Assembly: GCA_051294375.1 (NCBI GenBank)
Contig: CM119269.1
Coordinates: 2,410,699-2,474,698, forward strand
Length of the DNA: 64,000 nucleotides
Source of the DNA: Paraspadella gotoi
Lineage: Eukaryota; Animalia; Chaetognatha
Reading direction: 5' to 3'
Part shown: piece by piece, positions 55,881-64,000 of the stretch
Numbering within the stretch: position 1 is the stretch's first letter
Layout of the letters: every line of letters begins with the position of its first letter
The notes under the pieces: model-generated
The model's database searches: none
Told to the model about the DNA's origin: nothing
The model's input: the letters and a program-made list of their open reading frames with translations, nothing else
Translations under genes and position numbers: made by a program

Positions 55881-56559
55881 TACCCACACTTCTTCTAATC
55901 CTCCGTCCCCCCCTTCCTTCCATAGAACCAAAGACCCGAGGTGTTTTCTTATCTCGGCGCCTTTCCTATTTTCATCGCTTCATTTTTTATGTAAAATCAT
56001 TTTTCCATTTTTTTATCTTTAATTTCTTCCACGTTCGTCTTATCTTTGTCTGCGAGAAATTGAGTCAAGTTTTTGTAGCAAAGTAACACGTGATTCAAAT
56101 CCAATGAGATTTGCGTTTTTCAATCTCATTTACTTATTGTAGGAGTTTAGATTATTTCGCGTATCTTTTGATACGGTTTTATTTTACTCTGTTTACTTAT
56201 TTTTACTTATTTTTACTATTTTACTATGTTAGCGAGACTTTTAATAGAGTTTAAATATAATTTAGTTTTTCAATTATTATTTAGATATTTAGAAATGGAA
56301 GTATTTTTTTATTTCTGAGAGAACTGGCTTATATTTCATACAAGATTGTTATTGTCAAAGGTTGCAATTATCTGAACCACTGTGCAGTTAATTTCATTAT
56401 CTCTCTTGCAGTTACGCTTATTTTTATTTCATAAACATTATCAGGTGTGCGAGGAAGAGAGCAGTGCGAGCCCCCTCGTTAGATTTTTACTAATTCTACC
56501 TCATTTATACAATTTGTTCCTACCTGCTTGCTCTTTCCAGCACAACTTAAAGCAAACAT

Positions 56560-58660
56560 AACAAAAAAAAAATTATACGAATCTACCTGTTTCTAATGAA
56601 TTAGACAAGATATTTCTTCCTTACGATGCATTAACTCACGATGACAATTGTTGTGAAGATACTGATCATATTTATAAATTAGAAAAAATCTTTTGGCGAC
56701 ATTGTTCAAGCAATAAATAAGCCCGATGCATCAATTCCAAGGGGCAAAGCCCCAATACCAAAAAGAATTCTGGAGTGATGAATTACCAAAACCTTAAAAT
56801 GAATCAATAGAATTGTACACACTTGGCGTGATTGTGGAAGACCCAATAAAGGTCCTATTTTTACGCAAAGTAAGGGCTAATACGGCTATAAACGTTCTAT
56901 TAAATGCTAAAAGATTGAATTCTCATCTTGATTCGCAAAAAGTTGCAATGATTTACATAACAAAGACTGTATTAGTTTTGGAAAACTTGGAGTCTTATTC
57001 AAGGGAAAAACACAGATGTGAATGTGATAGATGGGCATTTTAACAACCATGAAATTGCTAATCATTTTTCACAAAATTACAAATTAGTCTATGATGATTT
57101 TAATGCAAACAGCAATTCTCGTCTTAAGTCTGAATTTTCAGAAAAAGTATAAAAAAATTATTGTGATATCATTATCTCAACAATCGTTAGACCTTATCTA
57201 ATATCTTGGGATGAATTTTTAACAGCTTTCTACAAAATAAAGCAGGAAAATCGTCGGCAACATTTGTAACTCCAGAACATTTGATTTTTGCGAGCCCCAA
57301 ACTGTTGACTCATTTGCATATGTTACCTGAACAGTTTAGTTCAACATTCGTATGTATGTACTGACTTTTAGAGGGTTGATTATCCCTATCGTGAAGGACT
57401 ACAGCGGTGACTTAAGTTCTGTTTCTAATTAGTAGAGGAATAACTCTTTCTTCGATTTTTAGTCAGCTCATATTTGAACACTGCTTTTATTGAAATTCGG
57501 CCATTATCTTTTTTCTGACGATTTTACAATTTGGATATAAGAAATGTCACTCAAAACTCTCTCACGCTATGTACCGTTAAGGACTTGTATAAATAATTTT
57601 AATACTCATGGCTCTGGCGTTTTCGCAACATTTATGGATTGCAGCAAGGGGGTTTGATAAGGTCAACTCTCATTAGGTCTTTTTTCTACAATAAACTTCA
57701 TAGATAACTCCTGTTATACCACTCTGTTTAGTAAAATTAATTGTGTACGTGTTATAGTAACCGTAACTATAGAGTCGTGGAAAGGAGATATCAGTGATCT
57801 GCTTTCATAGTGTCGTCAGGCGTGTACCGCAGGGTGTTTCTTTAGCCCTAATATTCTGGCTCTTGTATGTAAATGACTTAATAACCAGATTAATCACATC
57901 ATCTCCTGGTTTGTCTCATATAGGAAACTTATGCTTAGCAAAGCTATTCTTGGTGAGTGCGTTGACGACATTGGCTTTTCGTCAACTCATCCCAAACTTA
58001 CAGGTGTGCATGCACAACTCTAAATACCCAATATCTGCCTGCTCTATTATTCAGACATAAAGACAGTTTTGTGCTTTACCTTTTAGTCGCTGTGTAAAAA
58101 CAATACCTAAAACCAGTAAGTGAGTACCGGTTTCATCTGCGTATATATATCTCTTTAGCCCACAGCAAGATGCGTTGATAACAGATGTTCTCTTCTTCCC
58201 TTAACAGTAACCCTATAGACACTCGTTAATAACGATGGACGCTTATCTGTGGCTTTTAAACCTGACGTAGCGACCAAGGTCTCTTGTCCTTATCTAGAAC
58301 TTCTTAGGACAAAAAACAACTGCTCATGTCTTTCGATCGAATCTAGTAATGTTTGTCTATCATTAATGCTTTGGTATCTACAACCATCTGAAGGAAGTTC
58401 TCTATATAACATATGTCATACAAACTGTGTGTCGCGCCCTATACTACTATGATGGCTCGTGAGCGGTTAAAAAACTTTTTTGGGCTAGAACATTGAACAG
58501 AATTAATGTGTGCTATAAGATGGTATCAGGAAAATATTCGGATTCAACGCGATGGAAAGCATTCAGATGAAGTCTCTTTTACTTGTATTGGTTACTGTTA
58601 ATTATGTTACCATGTTTAACCAGCGTAAAAAAGAAACTTTATTTCCAAGATCTATAGTTC
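56560..58660 (+). mobile_element. Degenerate non-LTR (LINE) retrotransposon ORF2, reverse transcriptase region
   Basis: Frameshifted motifs in canonical order: IPIVKDYSGDLSSVSN/RGITLS (~57380-57450), QFGYKK (~57528), FATFMDCSKG/FDKV (~57622-57665), GV/PQG (~57820), LYVNDL (~57863), DDI (~57964); clade unresolved. Confidence 0.88.
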
Positions 58661-59864
58661 GATATATATATAGTTCTTCATATATAATATATATTATCCG
58701 CATTTCTTTAATGAAATTTGAAAATATCATATAATAATATCCTTGTTGTCTGTGTGTTGGTTTACGCAATCCTTTAACTTTAGACTTAGCTTTTTGTGAT
58801 GCTCCTGTATGTACTGAATCAACCTTGTTGGGAAAATTTCGAAATTAACTAACGCCATATTTTATTATGTTTTTCAAACAAAAAACCGATCGGGTCATAT
58901 CAGATATAGTATTGAATATATCTATATGCATAGATATTAGTTGTACCAAGAATCAGGTCAAACATTATCAAAAAGTTAATTACTAATTCTCATCGGTTTC
59001 GTTATTTCTTTCTGAGTCCCGTCATGCAATCTACCCCAGCCGATCGCCACCTACGATGCACCCGGTTGACGCTGGGCGTCGATCCTGTTGTCGCTGATAT
59101 CTCTCAAGTGTGGTCCTCATATCTCTCATCATTCTCGCGATTGATTGTGTTCTGCGACTCGCTTCCTATCTCACTCAAGGCCTTTGAAGGGACGTACGAC
59201 ATACAACTCAAATCAAAACACAGTTCTGGTTTAAACTAAGGATCAAATAAACGTTAGATTATAACACCTAATTTTATAAATTATCAAAACTACTTCAAGG
59301 TTGGATTAACTGATAATAGATAAAAAAAAGAACTTGCCTCTTGTGACCTAATACTGTTTTCTATATAGATCTGAAATGTTCACCTAATTCTTCTTTTTTC
59401 CCCCGTTCTTCTACATTTTTTTTTTTTATTTTTCAACAGTTACCTCCTGACTACAACACAAACACAACACCATCTCAAAGTGACCATAGCACGAAACGAC
59501 GGACGACGAAAAGACGACGACACGACGCACCATTAGGGCTAAGAATATATATTGACAAAATCCCTTCGAACCAGAAATAAAAAACCTGGAATAACACTTC
59601 TCCACTCTCTCTCGCCACATAGATTATGAGACGACGACGATCCTATCCTATATATAAGACGACGACATCCTGTATTGAATTTTAAATCGCGATTCTTTCG
59701 CGACCTCTGATTTATCTCACCGGCAGCTGCGAACAACACAATTAGCTACGAGACAGCGCATTCTTTATATGTATCTCCGCAAACAGTAAGACCAGGTTAG
59801 GAATATTGGTACACACCACATAAAAAAAACATGTATCCCATTCAATATAAATCAACTATATCTT

Positions 59865-60110
59865 GCCCCGACTTCTTGGACAGGCTTTGGTGGTTTATCT
59901 CTCTTTTCACTCTTACAATGGATAATGACATAGCAGGTCCCTGGCCAAGCTTTCAATTCAAACTCCTTTCTTACGTCAGTATCTCGTTTATTCACTCCCG
60001 GACAGTACTGGCTTCCTTCTTTCGTATCAATAAATGGTCATATAGTGCTTTCCAGCCAAGAATGTTCGATTGTTAGGAAAAGTACCCACTCCCTTAATAT
60101 AGACGGAATA
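59865..60110. repeat. Diverged copy of the dispersed repeat at 12350-12560
   Basis: ttggacaggctttggtggttta and ctcgtttattcactcccggacagtactggcttcc shared; flanks unrelated. Confidence 0.75.
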
Positions 60111-61632
60111 CTAATTGCTACTCCCCCCACAGTCATTTCAATTTAATTATAATATTGTAATATTTAAGTATGTAACTGGAAACCTCAAAATTAATTTCGC
60201 GAGAAACTCGATATAGTTGCCTATATTTTTATTAAAAGCAAAGCTTGAAGAATTTTATGAACCGAAACCTCCCCTACTCTCGGTAAAGGGTCGGTGTTTC
60301 CTTTGCCCACGTGCTACCGAAGGGCTTGAGTTGCTGCAGGCAGCAGGGTGATATCTCAGAATTCGTTGGATTGGGTTTGATGAGGTAGGACTCCAGCGTC
60401 GCCCGTGCAATGCTGCCTCTCGGGATTTCGTGACGGAGGAAAAGAAATTCGCGGGAGGGGCGTAGAGAGGTTCGTCTGCGAAGGAGGGGAAGAGCGTTGA
60501 GGTAAAGATATTAAGTTGGAATGACAGAGATAGTCTCGCACAATATTCGGATCTCTATATATTGTACTAAGCATTATCAAGTAAATAATCTAATGTTTTT
60601 CTTTTTATTCGTCAAGAAAATTCCTCTCGGATCTATATATCTCGATGACGGTGGATTCTCCGTCCCGTTACACAAGGATAAGCGAAAACTAGACTTCCAG
60701 GATTTGAATCGAAGCGCTTCGTGCACCTGGTTGTTACGAGGGTAAGAGCTGAATCTATGGCGGCGTCCTTGGTTGCCAAAGACGACTGGGTTCTCTAGGA
60801 GAGATGCGTTTTATCGCTCGATCTCTCTTTTATGGCATCAATTAATTTACGGAGGTGCTTATCTTAGTAGTTCTTTTGATAATAATACAGTTACGAAGCA
60901 GAGCGAGCCAAGCGGAAATAAAACACTTAACATAACCACACTAGGTTATATTACTTTTTAAAGATGTTTATGAGCTTCATTTTTACGTGGCAAATAGAAC
61001 ACATGATAAAAACTACGTCGTGGGCTTTCAAAGATTGCATATATATCCTCATCATATATATCCACTAAGAGTCTTCCCGTAACACTTTCCTTGATTGCTG
61101 TAATAGGAGAATAATCGTTCTCAATAACAACGCAGAATATTAGGTTTAATGAGAGAAATTTGCTCGCTCTCTCCTCTCGTCTCTCTCTCTCTCTCTCTCT
61201 CTCCTCTTCTCCTCGCTACTCTTCTCTCTTCTCTCTCCTCTCTCTTCTCTCCCGTGAAAAACACACAGCAAGTTATCGAAAGTAAATCATCGCTTTTCAC
61301 GCCAGGAAAATTCCTCTCGTTCCTTCCGCTGACGAAAGACGACGACGACGACAGATGACGACAATATATCGACAACTACTACAAACGACGCCATTTCCAT
61401 CCAAACGGCATTATAATTAATCAACGCTACTATTCATTTTTTCCTTATTACTGCAGATATAGCATCGAGTCACAGTTTCCATCGACGCTGGACAACCTCC
61501 ATTCGAGGCTGGAAAACTCTCATCAACGGTCGGTCCCAGAACTCGATAGATAATAAGTCGTAAAAATCTATTAACCGGTGAATTTGCCAAGAGGAACTCC
61601 CCTCGTTCGCCGATCTCGCCTGCCCCATTTCT

Positions 61633-62505
61633 ATAGGTCGTTCTGGTCGAAGCGAGGCCCTGTTTTGATATTTTCCGTCATTCCATCCTACAAGCTTTTA
61701 TAAGTGTAGTCGTTCTGCTCGTAGCACGGTCCCTTGAATTTTCCGTCATCCATTCCCTACTAAGCTTATATTTGTGAGTCGTTTCGGGCTCGGATAGCGA
61801 GGAGGCCCTGTTGATATTTTCCGTCATCCATCCTACTACCAGCTCTCGTATAGTGTAAGTCGTTCTGGCTCGATTAGCGAGGCCTGTTGATATTTTCCGT
61901 TCATCCATCTACTTAAGCTGGCTTATGTGTAGTCGTCTGGCTCGTAGCGAGCCCTGTGATATTTCTCCGTCATCCATCCTACTAAGCTCTTGTGATGTGA
62001 GTCGTTCTGGCCGTTGATAGCAAGGCCCTGATGATATGTTCTCTGTCATCCATCCTACTAAGCTCTCCTATAAGTAGATAGTCGTTCTGGCCCTGGATAG
62101 CGAGGCCCTGTCGATATTTTCCGCTCATCCATCCTACTAAGCTCTTATAGTGTTATTTGTCTCTGATAGACGGAGGCCCTGTGATATTTTCCGTCATCCA
62201 TCCTACTAAGCCTCTTATAGTGTAGTCATTCTGGCTCCTCGATAGCCGAGGCCCTGTGATATTTCCGTCATCCATCTACTAAGCTGCTTTATATTGTAGG
62301 CTGCCGTTCTGTCGATTAGCGATGGCCCGTGATATTTTCCGTCATCCATCATATCTTGCTATAGTGTTTAGTCGTTTCTGGCTCTGGAAGCGTGGCCCTG
62401 TATATCCTTATATCTCTCTTAAGCTCTCTATATGATATGTCCGTTCTGGCTCGATAGCGAGGCCCTGTGATATTTTCGTCATCATCCTACTAAGCTCTTA
62501 TAGTG
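61633..62505. repeat. ~70-bp tandem minisatellite, ~12 copies
   Basis: Consensus tagtgtagtcgttctggctcgatagcgaggccctgtgatattttccgtcatccatcctactaagctctta, head-to-tail with no unique spacers. Confidence 0.92.
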
Positions 62506-64000
62506 CTCCCTCCCCCCTCGCGCCCGAAGCGTTTGTCGTATCATTAATCTCTCGGACTCGCGAACGTAGAGAAGGCATTACGAAATGCTTAAGGGCTCGG
62601 GGATCACTCACCAAAGTTATACGAAGTAGCAGCTGGTTTTAACCACAAAGCTTAAATTTTAAAGAGCAGGTGCCAGCCTCTGATCGCGAAAATGTAGTTC
62701 ACCTTTAGTTATTTTTTCAAAAACGTTGGGTGTTGTTTACGAATATTTAATCGTACTATATAAAAAAGATAACCATCGGCAAGCAGTCTGCCAGCCCAAA
62801 CGGCGAAAGCGGATTTTTGGATGAAATTTAACATAATTTTACCTTGAGGTGAAGGTCCCCAATTTTCTATGAGAGGATTTTCCAAATTCGACCTTTTCTT
62901 CATAGGGAAAAAGAAAAAGAATAATGAAATTTGGCAGTTAAAATTCTAAGATATCTTTGAAAACGAATAACATTTTCAAAATATCCTCTCATAGAAGTTT
63001 CTCCGCACATTTCCATACTAACGTAAATATAATTTTTAGTTTTATTTTTTTTTCAAACAGTTTTCGCTCCAATCTCTTTTTGTTTATTTATTTTTTACGT
63101 TTTTTATTTTTTCTGTAGTTTCTAAAGAATCTGGAAATAGATCGAGCAGGAACCTAAAACGACATGGCTTTAGTAAAAATCTATTTTCATTGTCTAAGCT
63201 ATTAAACTGATGGCTTACCTTCTATTTGAATTTTATTCAATTTTTTAAATTTTTTTTTAAATTTAAAAAATGCCCTGTGACAACAAAAACGGCATATATG
63301 GCTGTGGGATACAAGGAGGACAATTGCATGAAGATTTGACCTTATTTTATCCTGTGGCAACGACGGTCTAAGCTCTTAAGCCAGTTGAATGGTGTGGGAA
63401 CAGAAGACTAATTGACTAAGGAGAGAGCATAACCGCATTGTCCATCTGTGAATCAGAGACCATCTGAGGGCACCATAAGAGATTTTCTATCTCAGAGGAT
63501 CCATTGCAGATTGCCAAGGACGATTGTCTCTTGACTTTAAAAATTTGTATCAATTTTTGGGTATAAACTCATTTTAGTAAAAAAAGGTATATTAGCCTAA
63601 TTAATAGCATCATTAAATATGTATTCTGCACTCTCTCACATGAAACGTTTATTTTCATCCTTATTGATTCCAATTACATCATAAGAATGACAGCTTTAAG
63701 GTGACTAGTATTACGCACTGAGGTAGCTGATCGTTAACTTGAATAAAAAGAATTAAAATTCGCTTTAAAAATGACTTTACCGTCTTGAATGAAGTTTTTT
63801 AGTCTTTACGAGTAAAAAAAAATGCCGATTTTTGGTGGCTCTTGAAGCTAAACCTTATTTCAAATTTTGAAATGGTTTTTTTATTTGAAACACGAGGAAA
63901 TATACTTCTTACATAAAAATAATTTTGTATAAAGCTTTATGCAATTCTTGTTTGAATGGATTCCCAGGCTCTTAATAGCTTAATAAAGCTTAATTTAAGC

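Noticed and set aside
61633-62505. CRISPR-like array
   Set aside because: Units are contiguous with no unique spacers, the context is eukaryotic, and there are no cas genes.

Overview
Eukaryotic (animal, probably invertebrate; taxon not determinable here) draft-assembly window, AT-rich and saturated with (AG)n, (AAAG)n, (GAC)n and (ATCT)n microsatellites. Almost all ORFs in the supplied track are microsatellite artefacts. Manual exon reconstruction gives two genes on the + strand. One is a multi-exon class A GPCR of the histamine H3/H4 type (about 27.06-37.65 kb, all seven TMs recovered, possibly with a Ser/Thr mucin-like N-terminus from 24.8 kb). The other is two DH-domain exons of a TIAM1/2/still-life-type RacGEF that start only about 660 bp after the GPCR stop. 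A decayed non-LTR retrotransposon lies at 56.6-58.7 kb and a ~70-bp minisatellite at 61.6-62.5 kb. Much of the window is redundant: an A-B-C-B' / A-B-C' arrangement at 5.9-26.9 kb and a ~10-kb indel-riddled tandem copy at 41.1-51.1 kb. Both abut gaps of exactly 25 N, which points to long-read gap overfilling rather than biology. The most unusual signal is two unrelated palindromes (0.76-1.99 kb and 3.46-5.76 kb) whose centres carry the same ~105-nt structured spacer. This is either an unrecognised hairpin adapter or a genuine hairpin-end or palindrome-seeding element. All alignments and translations were done by eye, so coordinates of repeats are approximate.
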